Positions 1-13,588 of a stretch of DNA of 64,000 bases are shown here, one piece after another. Made by a program: the position numbers and the translations under genes. This DNA comes from Chloropicon primus (taxonomy: Eukaryota). A model generated the notes under the pieces. It did not search any database and was not told the origin of the DNA. It saw only the letters and a program-made list of their open reading frames with translations. The stretch is taken from positions 434,001 to 498,000 of the forward strand of contig CP060756.1 in the NCBI GenBank assembly GCA_023205875.1. Reading direction: 5' to 3'. Position 1 is the stretch's first letter. Each line of letters opens with the position of its first letter.

Positions 1-800
1 TTGTTCCCGCTGTCCTTCAGGTACTGGTGCTGCATCACGCTGTGGAGGTCCTGGTCCTTGGTCATCCTGCCCGAGTACCCTTTCCCTTTCGAGGGGTCGA
101 TGGCGATGTTGCCGATCCAAGAGTCCTGGTTGGAAGAGTTCCCGGTGCCGCTCATCACCTCGAACAGGTCCTTCCTCGCCGTCCTCTGCTCCGGGCCAGG
201 CGTCGGCTTCTTGCCCTTGGTGGGACAAATCTGAATGTTTCCTATCCAACCGTCGTCCTCGACTTTGGTCCCCCTTTCCATCTTGATCCAAGACTTGTCC
301 CCGGGCTGCGTCGAGGTGGCACAGGTCTTCCCCTTGGACGGGTCGATGAGCTCGTTGCCGATCCAGCCGTCCGTAGCACCCGCCTCGCTGCCCTGAAGCA
401 CGCCAAAGAGGTTCTTGCGGTCGGTGAGGTGCGAAGGCGCGGGCCTGTTCGCGGCTACACCAGGACCAGCCCCAGGAATGAGTCTCCTCCCCGAGGGCTT
501 CTTCACCTCTGCCCTGTCCTTCCCGCCCGAGGCGGCGTTCGGCTGAAGCAGCTCCAGCGTCCCTCTCCCGTGGCGCTCGTTGATGGCGTTCCACCTCCCG
601 TCGTTGTGCCTCGCCTTGTTCACTTCACCCGTACGGTTGTGGTTGTTTATGCCAGCCAAGTCGGTCAAGAACGGCCCAGAGGTCGAGAGCCTTCTCACCA
701 CGTTCGTCCCGTCCTTCTTGACGGTCTGATAACTTCTGCTCCCATAGTCGTCGCGATAATTCGACACGAGCTCCCCCCAACTCTCAGGTTCTTTGGCCAT
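1..800 (-). CDS. Uncharacterised repeat protein, partial (runs off the window start); possibly flagellar/microtubule-associated
   Basis: Translated by hand (not in the ORF track). ATG at 800 gives MAKEPESWGELVSNY..., open to position 1. Three repeats of WIGNxxIDPxKGK (WIGNELIDPSKGK, WIGNIQICPTKGK, WIGNIAIDPSKGK). Confidence 0.7.
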   Translation of the reverse strand, partial: MAKEPESWGELVSNYRDDYGSRSYQTVKKDGTNVVRRLSTSGPFLTDLAGINNHNRTGEVNKARHNDGRWNAINERHGRGTLELLQPNAASGGKDRAEVKKPSGRRLIPGAGPGVAANRPAPSHLTDRKNLFGVLQGSEAGATDGWIGNELIDPSKGKTCATSTQPGDKSWIKMERGTKVEDDGWIGNIQICPTKGKKPTPGPEQRTARKDLFEVMSGTGNSSNQDSWIGNIAIDPSKGKGYSGRMTKDQDLHSVMQHQYLKDSGN

Positions 801-1523
801 CTCGTACGCTCCCACACAACTTTTCCTGTCCTCCAACGGATTCGTTCACCAAACCCAAAACAACCCAGGAACAAACAAAAAAAAAGGAGCAAACACACGC
901 AGCGCGCGCAGGCAGGTTCCCAGATGAGACGGACCTCACGACCAACGGATGGTCTCTCTGCCGTGTCCTTGCTTTCGTTTCCAGCAACCGGTGCGCAACC
1001 AAGTCAAACCTCTCTCTCTCTCTCTCTGTCTCTTTTCCGTTGGCCAGGCATACATACATGCGTACCAATCTTTGTCGTACACGAATTCTTGACATTTTAT
1101 TTGAGCGGGAAACAGCAGAGCGACGAGCGAGCGAGGGAGCGAGGAGATTGAGATTGAGTGGAGGGGATCCGGCGCGATTGGTGGGTCCGTCCGCCTCGGA
1201 GAAGGTTGGAGGCTTGAAGCGTTACGATACCTTGCCCTTGCCCCTTACCTTACCTTTCGTCTCGTTTTCGTTGGCACGCAAACGTAAACGAGTACTGCAA
1301 GGCTAGGGTCTTTGCCACAGTGCACGACGGTCTGAGGAGAGGTGGAGCAAGCAAGCAGAGAGGGAAGGAGTGTGGTGTGTGTATGTGTGTGCGTGCGTGC
1401 GTTTGGATGGTTCGATTGTTTTGTGGGAATGATGGATGTCGGTTCACAGGAAGGAGGGGATAGGATTGAGGTGACGAGGTGTTGCACTGGGAGCACAAGG
1501 TAGAAGAAAGACTGCATACAGAA

Positions 1524-4500
1524 ATGATTGACGTGAATCCTTCTGACTTGGCCATCAGAAACGCCAAGGTTGGCGAGACCTACGTCTTGCTGTGCAGCTT
1601 GAAGAACGACACAGAGCTTGTCTTGGACTGCAAAGTCCAATGTTCACAAGCTTGCTCGGAACGGTGGGCCGTGACCCCCAAAAGCTTTCGGCTGAAACCG
1701 AGGCAGACTCAAAGCTTGGAGCTGAAGATGACGATGAAGCAGCTGCCTTCGACGTCCTCAAGGAGGGCCCTGGCGTCCGGGGGGCTGAAGGACGTCTTCT
1801 ATCTGAAAACCCAGTACTTCGAGCAACGCTTTCACTGTTTGGTCTTCGGGGAGAGCAAATGCAAGGTGAAGGGAAAGGCGGTCGCCGCCGAAGATGCTCA
1901 GGCTGGGAGGTCCAAGAGAGAGACGGCAGCATGGGATGCCCGATCGCATTCGGCTGTGGACGTCGAGGTCGGGCTGCACCGCCTCGGAAGCAGGATCACT
2001 GACCTGGAAGCTCGGGAGCAAGCTCTGCAAGTTCTCGTCTCTCAGCTAGAAAAGCTCGTGAAGGACAAGGACGAGGTGATAAGCATGATGCAGAGTCACC
2101 TGCAGATGTCAAAGAGGGGTGACCTGGGTGGAGATGACCCCTCCGTCTCGGCGGGGGTGCCGACTGGTGAAGTTGGGGAGGTGAGCGGTTGTCAACTGAA
2201 GGACGAAAAGGCACAGGAAATTGCAACAATCCTGGGCTCCAACGCGCAGCTGCGAAACAAGGTCAACGAATTGTCCCTGCTCGTGGAAGAGAAGGAGAAC
2301 GAGCTCAGCATCACTCAGGAGGCTCTCAAAGCGATAAGCGCAGACGAGCCCAAGGTGCACGCCCTCGTCAAGGCCGCGGTCGAAAAGGAGCGCGCTGTGC
2401 ACGAGTCCAGGAACAGGAAGGTCGTCGAGATGTTCTCTGTCAAGGACGCTCAGATAGTTCATCTGCAAGACAGGCTAGACGAGGCAGAAGCAATCAACGC
2501 CGAGAAGAGCGATTTGATCGCAGAATTCAAGAGTCAACTCCAATCGACCGAGATGAAGGTCATGGAAGTGCTCGGGGAGAACCAAGTCCTGCAGAAGGAA
2601 AATTACCGCCTCAAGACAGAGAACATCACACTGAGCCAGTTGAAGCCAGCGAATGCAAACAGAAGTCTTGAGGACCAGTTGGTCAAAACCAAAGAGATGA
2701 ATCAGAGGCTCAATTCGAAGCTGAGGGAGAAGGAAGCCCTTGAGGAATTCTCAAGCGTGAAGAATCAGTCCCTCTCGGAGTCCGTCCACGAGCTCGAACA
2801 GTCTCTCGCCAGTGTCATTGCAAGCAACGCAGAAAAGATCAGGAGCAAGGATGTAGAGATCTCGCTTCTGACGAAAAGAATTGATCACAGTGATGCTTTG
2901 CTCAATGTTCAGAGGAACAGGGAAGGCTCGCAGCAAGGGGGCGGGCAGGGGGCGGCGCAGCAGGGCCATCCATGGCAGGGTGATGGGAAAGCCAGTACCA
3001 CGGCGGAGCCAAGCAACCTTGAAATGATGCTTGAGCTGAAGCAGGAGGAGGTCGCGCAGTTAAAGGTGAAGGTGAAAAAACTGGAGAATCTCCACGAGAA
3101 GGCGAAACAGACCGCCGTGGAAAGCGAAAGCAAGCTCAAGGAGTTGCACCAGAGAAGCAAGAGCGTGGTCTCATTGCAGAGATCTCGGAATGAGGTGAAG
3201 GAGCTGAAAGCGAAGTTGCAAGCTTTATCCAGGGATAGCAAGCTCAAGCTGGAGCAGAAGGAGGGCCTTTTGAAGGTGGAGAGGGCGAAAAGCAAGGGGC
3301 TCGTGCAAGAATTGGTCAATGAAAAGGAGAGGTCTGCCAAAGCGACGAAAGCTTTCTCTGGCGACGAAGAAAGGGAATCCATGGAGAGGCAGGTGGAGGC
3401 CGCCACCACATCACTGAAGGAGTGCCAAAACTCCCTCCAGGTGGTTCACGCCAAGTTCGTCAACAGCGAAAAAGAGAAGAGGCAGATCGAAACAAGCCAC
3501 AAGAACGAGAAGGAGAAAATCACGAGGAGTCTCCTGCACGCAGAGCAAAAGGTGAGAATGGCAGAGCTGCTGCAGCAGCAGAAGATCAACAATCTCGAGA
3601 GCACGATTCGTACTCTCTCTGGGAGAAGTGTCGAGCACAAAGAGCTTGCAGGAGCGAGGGCCGAGGTCGTGAGTCTCAGCAGAGACTTGCAGGCTCTGCA
3701 GGCCGAGAATGGGTTCCTGGGCAAGCAGATGGGCGTGAGCGAAGAAAAGCTTCGTGTGGCTCAGGTTGAGTTGCAAGAGCATCTCGCTTATGGGGATCTG
3801 AAAGAGTTCAAAGACGTTTATGGGAAGTACATCAGCGAAAGTGTAGTCATCGTAGAGCTCTCCAACAGACTGCAGGAGATGGAAAGGGAAGTCATGCGTG
3901 CCAAGAAAGGAGGAGTCCCAGCAGGTGAAGCTGGCACTTTGGAGAACGATGCCTTGCCTCAAGGCGCTTTGTCGCGCCCTCGAGAGACGCTGTCGAGGGG
4001 AACGATGACAACGGCTTTCGAAGATAGTGCAGAAGGAGCAATAGCCGCAGAGTCAAGCGTTGTCAGCCTTCAAGTCAAATTGAATGATCTTGCGTCTTAC
4101 GCAACAAAGCTGACAGAGCAGCTTCTCAGCAAAGAGAAAGAGTTGGCGGCAATCAAGGACGATCTCGCCCTTGTGAGGTCAACGAGGGATTCAGACCTGC
4201 AAGACTGGGAAGTCCCTCTGCCAGACCAATTCATCCCAGTCGACAAGTTAGAGGACGTGAGGCGCAGCAATAGGGACATGGAGACTCAGCTGCATCAGAT
4301 GGAAGAGAAGCTTTCCGCTATGAGAGCCAAGGGCATTGAAGGAGAAGAGCACATGAAGCGCGAGAACGGGAGGCTTTCCAAGAAATTGGAAGACTCGAGG
4401 AATGCCGAGATGGAAACGAGGAGACAGCTGACAGAAAAATCTTGCAGCCTGGACGAAAAGTCAGTTCAGTTGAAAATATTGAAGGAAGCCCTGAGTGCCT

Positions 4501-7500
4501 TGAAGTTAGGATATGTGAGCAATCCTTGCGACGAGGACCACATCCTATTGGTAGCCAAAGTGGCTTCAGCTGATGCGAAAGACATCGCTCACCAACGGCA
4601 CGTGGAGTACCTCATCTCAGAGTTAGATTTGAGGTCGCAAGTGATCCACGAAACCCAAGGGGAGCTGCACGTGCTGAGGGAGGACATAGAAAGGGTGCGG
4701 GTGGAAGCAAATGCGCGGAGGGAGGAGAACAAGGTGATCGCACAGCGGCTGAAGGTTGCAACGTCTGAGCTCAAGCAATACCACGATGAGAACATCGTGC
4801 TGGAGAGTAAATTGGAATTCAACAAGGAGAAGTACGCCAAGCTGAGGATGGAGCTTGACGTCGAGAAGCAGGTTGTGCTCAATCAGAGAAAGAGGCATTT
4901 CGAACTCATCGCAGCTGAACGGAGATCCATCGTGGAAGAGATGGAAAGGTTCAACGTCGAGCACTGCAATATTTGTGAAAGTTCCAGGCAAGTCACAAGG
5001 TTTATTATGGACTACGACGACGCTGTCAGTGTTCTGATCGCTGGCGCAAGGCCGGGGAGCGAGGGGATCGATATGGAGAAGCTCCAGCCATGCGTATCGA
5101 GTTTGAAATACCTCGGGTTGGAGGCATCTAAGCTGTTCGCCTCGAGCCAGACGAGCCTCCACGTGCTCTCAACCGAGACTGAGATACTGAGGTCCAGAGT
5201 CAAGGACTTGGAGCTAAAGAATGAGTGCTTGGCGGACAAGCTTGCCCTCTCGGACAGCATGAATGTTCTGCTCACGCAATCGCATCACTCTAGAAGTAAG
5301 ATCGCGTACCTAGTGACGAGCGAGAGCGGCCAGCGCAGGCAAGAGAGGATCAGCAGACTCAATTCAGAGCTGGACCAGGCGCAGATACAGGTGCTGAAGG
5401 AGCACAAGAGCAAGTGCCAGAGCCTCATTAAGGGCAAGCTGCTTGAGCAGAAGTACTTGCAGTTGAAGTGTGAGGTGCAGAGCATGAAAGCCCAGAAAGA
5501 GGTGGACGCTCCGCTGCCAGAGGCTCTTGGGGCGGACCTCTCTTCTCTCGGGGGCCCAGATCGTGGAGCCTCCGATGCCGGCGCCATTGCACAGACACTG
5601 AAGTTCAAACTCATGGAGAGCCACCTGATCCAGAAGGTCCAGGTGTCAAACAAGCAGGCCGAAAAGGCACGTGCAGAACTGAAAGAGCTTGCAAGGTCCT
5701 TCAAAGATCTCGCAGATAAAGTCAGCCAACACGTGTCCAAACAAGATGCCACGACAGACAAAGTCCTTGAGTCTCAAATTAGTGTGCAGGCCGAGCTGAC
5801 TTTGAGGAACAAGGAAAATTTCGAGCTCACGCAGAAATTGAAACACCTGTCTATTGAGGCAAACCTCCAGAAGAACGAGACGCTACTTGCGAACAGGAAG
5901 GTCGACATGGTTGAGTCAAGCTTCAGGGACTCTCTCAAGGTGCTTGATGCCGCTTTGGCTGAGCAGAGAAAGGAGCAGCAAGAAGTCCTAGGTTCCATCA
6001 TCGAGGAGGCTCGCTCGGAGGTTTCGATGACATTCCACTCTATTCTTGAGATGGTCAAGAGCTCACGGGAAACCACAAAGGCGAGCAAGGATTTGATCAT
6101 GGAAGATTTCAAGCAGATAAAGGGCTCCGCAAAAGACCACTCGATCCAAGCGCTTGCAAATTTGTCCTATCTTGACATCAATGGCATCCCTGTCGTGAAG
6201 GTCTCTGACTTGAGGGACATGAAGCTGCAAAAGAAGCTCCTCGAGCAAGAGAATGACAAACTCCTGAGCAGACTCGAGAGAAAGGAAAAGGAGGTTCTTG
6301 AGCTCACGGAGGACGTGGAGAGCCAAAAGCTAGCGTTGAGGGACTTGAGCAACACCTTCTCCAAGTCCGCGTTCAAGAAGATGCACTCGAGCGGAATGCT
6401 GAAGAGCACAATTTCGACCCTGAACAAGAAGCTGGTCGAGAGCAAATTGGTACAGGCTGACATGCAAAGGAAGCTGAAGATCTCTGCTCGCGCAGAGCTA
6501 GAGCTGAGGCAGCTGCTTCACTCCAGGGAGCAGAGGCTGACGACGCTGAACACAGAGATTCGGGCGTACAACCAGGCCCTGGACTCCATTCAAAAGTTTG
6601 CGGCCAAGGAGAAGAACCTCGAGTTCAAGCGAATCTTGCGGGACGTTGTCTTGAATTTGAGCACGATGAAGTCGACAGATCACGCCATTTCGGGCGTGGA
6701 AACAGGCCCCCGCGGGGACTACAAGGTGGATGCCCGAGTGGGAGTGTTTTCAGGAATGCGGATACAGATTGCGGAGAAGAACGCGAGGGTAAGTCACTTG
6801 GAGCAGAAACTTTCCGAGTACCTGGCGAGCACTCCCATCAAGCAAGAGGCTCAGCCGGACGAGGGATTGGACAAAAACATGCTCAGAGAAGTTTCCAAGT
6901 TCAACGAAGTGCTGAAAGAAACGATCAGCGGTGCCATCTCAAAAATTGTTGGCAAAGCTGGCGGCTCTGACCAGGAGCAATTGAGCTTGGACGGAGCTGT
7001 AGAAATTCTGCTTGACAGGGTGAAGCACGCGGAGCTGATGCTGGGCAGATCGCAAGCGAAAGTGAAAGCTCTCCGCGGAAAGGTGAAGGGCGCAAAGACG
7101 GAAGATGCGAATGCCTCACTGCAAAATGCGGTCAAGGGCCTCTCGGATAAATGCAGGGCCCTGGTCATGGAGAAGGCTGACCTCAAACTGGAGAGGGACA
7201 GATTGCTTGAGAGGCTGAACGCTTTGAAATCGTCGGCGAGCAAAAAGGCGGCCGAGACCAGCAAGCGGGGTGCTTCCAAGCCACGGAGAGTTTTGATGAA
7301 GAAACCAATTCGTGTCCTCGCGAGCGAGAAAGTTGAATTGAAAGACTCCTCCTCTCAGCCAGAAGACGAGCCGGAAGGCGGCATCGAGTCACAGTTTGAG
7401 CAAGTTCATTCCTTTGCTGACATGATTGATGTCCACCTCGCGGCAATTCACGATTTTGTTGTCAAGTCCCTCAACGATGACCCGGTGGTGCCAAGTGAAG

Positions 7501-10500
7501 CCGCGAACATTGACGAAGACTTTTCGAGCATCGGGTCACTGGTTTGTGTCATCAAGGACACCCTCAAGATACTCGCTTCAGAGGTATCGGACGGCCAGAC
7601 AGGCAAGCTTCCCGCGAAACTTGGTTCCAAGGTTGTTGGCCAAGAGCAGCCAATGAAGAAGGGGCACAAAGAAAGCGAGTGGGAATCCAAGTACTCGTCT
7701 TTGAAGGAAGCGTATTCGACGTACAGAAAGAGCAGCAAGATCGAAATGAATGCGTTGAAGGAAAAGAATATGAACGCGTCTGCTCAAGTCATTGAAGCGG
7801 CGAAGGATAAGGTGACCATGCAGGCAGAATTGCGCGACATGCAGAGGATGGTCGAAAAGGGCATCCTTGAAGTCGAGTCTCGGCAGAAGTCACGGAGTAA
7901 CTTGGCCCTGAAATTGACTGAGAGGGAGGCCCAGCTCCGCATCGCGAAGAGCAAGGCTAGAATGAGTGAGGACCAGGCGCAAGCGCGCATCGCTGAGCTC
8001 GAGAAGGACCTGAAGGCAACCGCCGGGACGATCACAGATGAGCGGGAGGAGAGAGCAAAAGTTCTGGTGATTTTGAGAAAAGCCGTGAATGACTTGAAGA
8101 CCCAGCTGCACATCGAATTTGACTTGAGGAACCAGCTTTATGCGATGGAACTGGAGAAGGAGACTGCCGTGAACTCCTACGAGAACAAGGAGAATCAACT
8201 TAATTCGGAATTGAAGGACCGCCAGGCGACTGAAATCAGAGTGAAGGAGCTTGAGGACAACCTCGTGATGGAGAGGCAGCAGTCTCACAACCTCAAAGTC
8301 AAGTACGAGTACATGAGGGAAGGCTTGAAGCAGTTGGAGATCAGGTTCAACGCCGCGGACAAGCACAGAGTGATTCTGGAGCGCACCGTTCAGCTCAAGC
8401 TGAACGAGTCGGAGAAGATCGCGGACAGCCTTTCGGTTGTTGACTTTGGCAAAGCGCCGATGATGATTTTGCTCGAGGTGCAAGAGATCGAGAAGCTCAT
8501 CAACAAGATGTCCCTTGAGATTCAAAAGGCCCAGAAGCAGAAGGAGGTCTCTTCGGACAAGTGGAAGTTCACCGCCCAGCTCGCTCGCTTCAAGAGGGTG
8601 ATCACAGATTGGAAGAAGGGCGAGGAAGCCAGGATGAAGAAGAAGATATCAGAGCTCAAAGCAGACTTGGCTCGAGCCCAGAACCAAAACATGGATCTGG
8701 CTCAGTGCTCGGAAAAGGCAGCTGACACGATTGGTAACTTGCAGGGCATTGTTTCCAGACTTGAAAGAGAGAAGGGCTTGTGTCAAAGTCTCTCGACGAC
8801 GTCAAGGAGATGTATTCAGTGGAGATGACCAGGCTGAGAATTCAGACAAAGACGGAAGCGATGCGCGAGCAGCAACATGTAGTGGGTGCGCTGAACGCAA
8901 GCATCTCAGAGACAGAGCAGGAGCTCGAGGACATGAAGGGAGAGCTCAAAGCCTTGAAGGGCATCGTCAAGGTTGATGCGAAGAAGATTATCGCAGAGTT
9001 CCATGAAATCAGCGAAGGGTCCAAGAGGGAAATCCTTGGCATGATGAGGTCGCTGGAGAGGCTCATTCCAGGACTGAAGACGAAGATGAAAGGAGCAAAG
9101 CTCCCTGAAGCTTCGAGGGCGCCTGCAGAGAAACGGGCGGTGTCCGGATCGGACTTTACCTCAGAAGTGATCCAAGAGATCCAGGACTTGGAAGGAGAAG
9201 AGGCCAAGAGCAACTTGGAATTGAAGCTCAGGCTGCAGTGCCAGCTGACGAAGAAGACCGAGAGGAGGGTGGTCCAGCTGAAGTCAGAAATTCAAGTGCT
9301 TACGAAAGAGCTGGAGCTGCAGCGCAGAAAGTACGAGGGTTACCCTTCAAGGGAAGATCTGGAGCAGAGGCAGAGAGCCTTCGACGACTGCAAGAAGTCC
9401 CTCAAAGATAGCAAGGCCCTGTGCACCATTCGGCTGAAAGAGATCAAGACTCTCAAGGAAGAGCTTGTGGACCTTAGAAGCAACTCAGCCAAGGCGAAGC
9501 TGAAGGAAGTGACGGAGAGGGTCGAGAACCTTCAAAGAAGATTGAAGGACTCGGCGTTGTCCATGCAGAGGAAGGACGTCATCATCAACGACCTCAGGCA
9601 GAGCGTTAGAGACTTGCAGGAGCAGGACCTCACCGAGAAATGGAACAAGACAGAGGCCAAGAACAAGCAGCTCTCCCTGGTAGTTCAAAGGCAGAGCGTT
9701 GCCATCAGGGAGCTTCGCACAAACGCCAGTCAAGCTTCGAAGAGCCTCGAGTCCGTTATGGTCAAGGAGAAATCTGAGAAGAAGTCGGATTTGCAGAAGA
9801 AGTTCAGGAGCGACATCAGGAGGAAGGACACAATCATCGCGCAGATGGGCAAGAACCTCGGCCAGCTCGAAGAGGAGCTCGCCGCCTCCGCGTCAACGAT
9901 CGAGGAGGCCAGCAAGAGGGAAGCTTTCGGCAGGAAAGCCGCGGAGCACGATTGGATTGCATTCAAAACGTTCATGAAGAATGCCATCTCGGCCGTGGAG
10001 AAAATGTCGAAGATTGTCGTCAAGAGCTCCAACGAGATGCGGGGCGTGGTGAAGACGGTGGCCAAGGCAGAGAAATTTCAAAAGATGGAGTCCTCCGCCA
10101 GGAACATAGCCCAGCTCGTTGAGATGTCCACCGCGGAAGTTGAGGACATTATGCAAGCCCAGGACGTCCAGTCCAAGGAGGAGAACTTGGAGACTTATCT
10201 CATCAACCTGTTTGGCGACATGAACAAGTCGATCGAGAGCATCCACCGTTCCAACATCGCAAAGAGCAAGGAGAAGTTCGTGGCCTCTTGGGACCCCTCG
10301 GTCTTGCTGTCCGTGGCAGAAATCCTGGAGAAGGATTTCATCCACGTTCGGCACCTGGTGTCCTCCTCCATGAAGGTCCTCCCTGAAGTGATCGTCGACC
10401 TGCCGAAAAGGAAAGCGCCAGGGACAGCACGGAAAAAATCAAAGAAGGGAAGCGCGGGAAAGGAGCCGCGCAGTTCCACCTCGAGCGCCGCAGGCACCCC

Positions 10501-10567
10501 AGGCAGGAGCGAGAGGGACATGCTGATGGAAGAGCTGGAGATTTTGGCAAAGCGGGTCAAGAAGTGA
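1524..10567 (+). CDS. Giant coiled-coil protein (~3000 aa) with an N-terminal Ig-like MSP/ASH-type domain; likely centrosomal/basal-body; split by a frameshift at ~8765-8828
   Basis: ORFs 1479-8828 and 8780-10567 overlap in different frames and both are E/K/L/Q-rich heptad sequence. N-terminus MIDVNPSDLAIRNAKVGETY...VTPKSFRLKPRQTQSLELKM resembles MSP/ASH domains. Confidence 0.7.
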
Positions 10568-10741
10568 AGCGAAGGGGGGCGGGCCAATGTAAAAACAAAC
10601 AGATTCGTAAAACAGACTGTATAACAATAATAGTGATAAAGACTGATGCCATAATGGATGGTGGGAGTCTGAGAGAAAATACTTTCTGTTCTTCGACTCC
10701 CCCCCCCTCGAGGTCGCGGGATAACCAAAGGTCGCGCTCGC

Positions 10742-11563
10742 TCACCCGACCATCTTCTTCCTCTTTCCGACCTGGGCCACGAAACCTTGCTTCATGGTGG
10801 ACACCGAACGCCTGGCACCGCAGTGCTGGCAACTCAGCACGTAAAGCCTCGTGGTGTTGTCCTTGTCAAGAAGGGTGTCCGGGGACTTGCAAGCGTGGCA
10901 CAGGACGTACTCGTTCACGTACCTCCTCAGCACACCCTCGAAAGCCTTTGGCAGGAACCTTCCCTTCACGATGAGCCTCTGCTGCCCGTCGAGGGATCCG
11001 CTGGTTCCCAACTCTCCCATCATATAGTTCAAGACGTGGTCTGGCTGGCGGTGCATGGCCTTGCAAAGCTCCATGAAGTTGACGAAGACCGTCTTCTTGG
11101 TTCCCTCACGAAGAACCTGGGGGGGCTTCATGACCGTCCTGCGCTTCTCACCCGTGAGCTCTGGGTTGAACTTCCTAAGTATTCCGAAGACCCTGTCAAG
11201 GAGCTCCTCGTACGTGTAGTCACGGTCGCTCCCGTCCCAAGGCAAGCCGCTCCCCGTCGCAGAAGCCGAAGCGGAAGCCTCCGCGTTCTCCAACTCCTCC
11301 TTGAGCGCGGCGCTGTCCTCCTCAGTCCTCACCTTCTTCTTCTTCTTCTTCTTCTTCTTCTTCAAGCTCAGGTCGAAGTCCGCCTCGAAGTTCGCTTCCT
11401 CCTCCCCGCCGGCGCCGGCCTCCGCGTCGCCCGCCTCCTCGCCTCCGTCCTCCGCGTCCTCCTCCTTCACCTTCTTCTTCTTCTTCTTCTTCTTCTTCTC
11501 GCCGAACACGGAAGACGATATCAAGAGGTCTTCCACCTTCTCCTCAAGCTCCTCGGCCGTCAT
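10742..11563 (-). CDS. EIF2S2: Translation initiation factor eIF2 beta
   Basis: Poly-Lys boxes, [30 protein letters not shown]-terminal CHAC...CQHCG zinc finger. Confidence 0.97.
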   Translation of the reverse strand: MTAEELEEKVEDLLISSSVFGEKKKKKKKKKVKEEDAEDGGEEAGDAEAGAGGEEEANFEADFDLSLKKKKKKKKKKVRTEEDSAALKEELENAEASASASATGSGLPWDGSDRDYTYEELLDRVFGILRKFNPELTGEKRRTVMKPPQVLREGTKKTVFVNFMELCKAMHRQPDHVLNYMMGELGTSGSLDGQQRLIVKGRFLPKAFEGVLRRYVNEYVLCHACKSPDTLLDKDNTTRLYVLSCQHCGARRSVSTMKQGFVAQVGKRKKMVG

Positions 11564-11860
11564 GACGATAAACACACAAACAAACACGCACACACGATAG
11601 GATGTGATCGATAGCCCTCCTCCGCTCACAAACCCTCCCTCCCTTTCTACCTTCTCTTCGCCCTTCGCCGTCAATTCACTTTTCCGCCAGAGACGTCACA
11701 CAAAACCAAGGGAATGGCTCTTCACTTCATCACGCCGTTCCCCTCTCCACCACCACCACCACCATCGTGTGTGAGCGTGCGTGCGACTTTGTTCAATTCG
11801 ATTGCAAATAATATTAAATTAGCTCTCCTTTCCTTTCCTTTCCTTTCCTTTCCTTTCCCC

Positions 11861-13015
11861 TTAGGGTTGGAAGGGCACGAGGTCGTCGCGAGGAACGAAG
11901 ATCTCCCTCCCGCACTGGTCCGTAATTTTCACTCTGTTGTTCACCTTCATGCCCTCGCACTCGGACTTGATGTCCTGGAAGAGCGCGGTCGACAAGTACC
12001 TCTCCCCAAAGCTTGGGATGACCACGACGATGAGCTTGCCGTCGTACTCCGGCAGCTTTCCCAGGTCCACGGCCGCTTGCACGGCCGCGCCCGAGGAGAT
12101 TCCGGTCAGCAGGCCCTCCTCCCTCGCCAGCCTCGCGGCCATGGCGATCGCCGCGTCGCTGCTCACCTTCTTCACCTCGTCGATGAGGCTGGTGTCCAAG
12201 ATCTCCGGCACGAAGCCGGCTCCGATGCCTTGGATCTTGTGCGGTCCCGGGCTCCCGCCGGACAGGACGGGACTCTCCGAGGGCTCCACGGCGACGACCC
12301 TCAAGCCGCTCTTCTGGGACTTCAGGTACCGGGCGCAGCCCGTGACGGTTCCCCCGGTGCCCACGCCGGACACGAAGGCGTCCACGGTCCCGGCCGTGTC
12401 CCGCCAGATCTCGGGGCCGGTGGTCCTCACGTGGATGTCCACGTTCGCGGGGTTCTCAAACTGCTGCAGCATGAACGCGTTCTCGGTCTCCTTCGCGATG
12501 TCCTCCGCCTTTCCCACTGCGCCCGCCATGCCCTTGGCCGGGTCCGTGAGCACCACGCCCGCCCCGAAAGCCCGGAGCATGACCCTTCGCTCCATGCTCA
12601 TGGAAGCCGGCATGGTCAGGATCAGCTCGTAACCCTTTGCCGCCGCGACCATGGCCAAGCCCACGCCCGTGTTCCCGCTCGTGGGCTCCACCAGAGTCGT
12701 CCTCCCGGGCTCGATCAGGCCCTTGGACTCCGCGTCCTCTATCATGTTCAAACCGATGCGGTCCTTCACGCTGCAGCAGGGCTCCATGCTCTCCAGCTTG
12801 GCAGCGATTCGGGCTCCGCACCCCTTGGAGACGGCGTTCAGGTACACCAAAGGCGTGGAGCCGACGAGATCCGTCACGCTTCCCCTCACCTTGTCGAGGT
12901 GGCCGAAATCGCTTTCGACCCGGCGGCCCTCCGCACGGCACTGGAGGCGACGACCCCCGACCCTCCCCCTCGTGGCGTTCAGCCCACCGCCCCGACAAAA
13001 TCCCCTCGCCACCAT
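11861..13015 (-). CDS. cysK: Cysteine synthase (O-acetylserine thiol-lyase) with transit peptide
   Basis: [16 protein letters not shown] (PLP lysine), [34 protein letters not shown]. Confidence 0.96.
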   Translation of the reverse strand: MVARGFCRGGGLNATRGRVGGRRLQCRAEGRRVESDFGHLDKVRGSVTDLVGSTPLVYLNAVSKGCGARIAAKLESMEPCCSVKDRIGLNMIEDAESKGLIEPGRTTLVEPTSGNTGVGLAMVAAAKGYELILTMPASMSMERRVMLRAFGAGVVLTDPAKGMAGAVGKAEDIAKETENAFMLQQFENPANVDIHVRTTGPEIWRDTAGTVDAFVSGVGTGGTVTGCARYLKSQKSGLRVVAVEPSESPVLSGGSPGPHKIQGIGAGFVPEILDTSLIDEVKKVSSDAAIAMAARLAREEGLLTGISSGAAVQAAVDLGKLPEYDGKLIVVVIPSFGERYLSTALFQDIKSECEGMKVNNRVKITDQCGREIFVPRDDLVPFQP

Positions 13016-13439
13016 TTCGTAACGCTCGACCTCTAACACACGGCGAACACGCACCCCCCAGTTCACTCGTTGGTGTTGGTGTTGGTGTTGGTGATGATGA
13101 TGATGCCAACGACGGATGCCACGGACCTGGTCAAAATCTTCAACCGAGGTACGATTGGAAAGCTCGCGAGGCGAAGTTTCGATCAATGGGACAACCCTCC
13201 GGCACACAAAACGCAGGAGCCGCACGACGACCTCCTGGCCAACCCTCCGTCGTCGTCGTCGTTGTCTCTTTTGGCTCTTCGAGTCGATCCCGAAACAAAT
13301 CCAATGAATCGAACGTTTCCCATCGAATACATGATTTTTTCCAGTACGAGTAACGACGCGATCGAAGGAGGGCAAAACCCTACGAAGGGAGAAGGAGAGA
13401 GAGGAGCGGTGACGGCGATCGATCGTGGGGGACAACACA

Positions 13440-13531
13440 ATGGTAAGGCCACGAGTGATACACGAGAGAGGTGGGACGCGGAAGAGGAGTGAGAACGAGC
13501 GATGAATCCGATTCGCTCTCCATCCTCTCTT

Positions 13532-13588
<57 letters not shown>

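Noticed and set aside
27..1151. 374-aa plus-strand ORF and the many other long antisense ORFs (e.g. 30034-31614, 56923-58458)
   Set aside because: These are shadows of real opposite-strand genes in GC-rich DNA, with no recognisable motifs.
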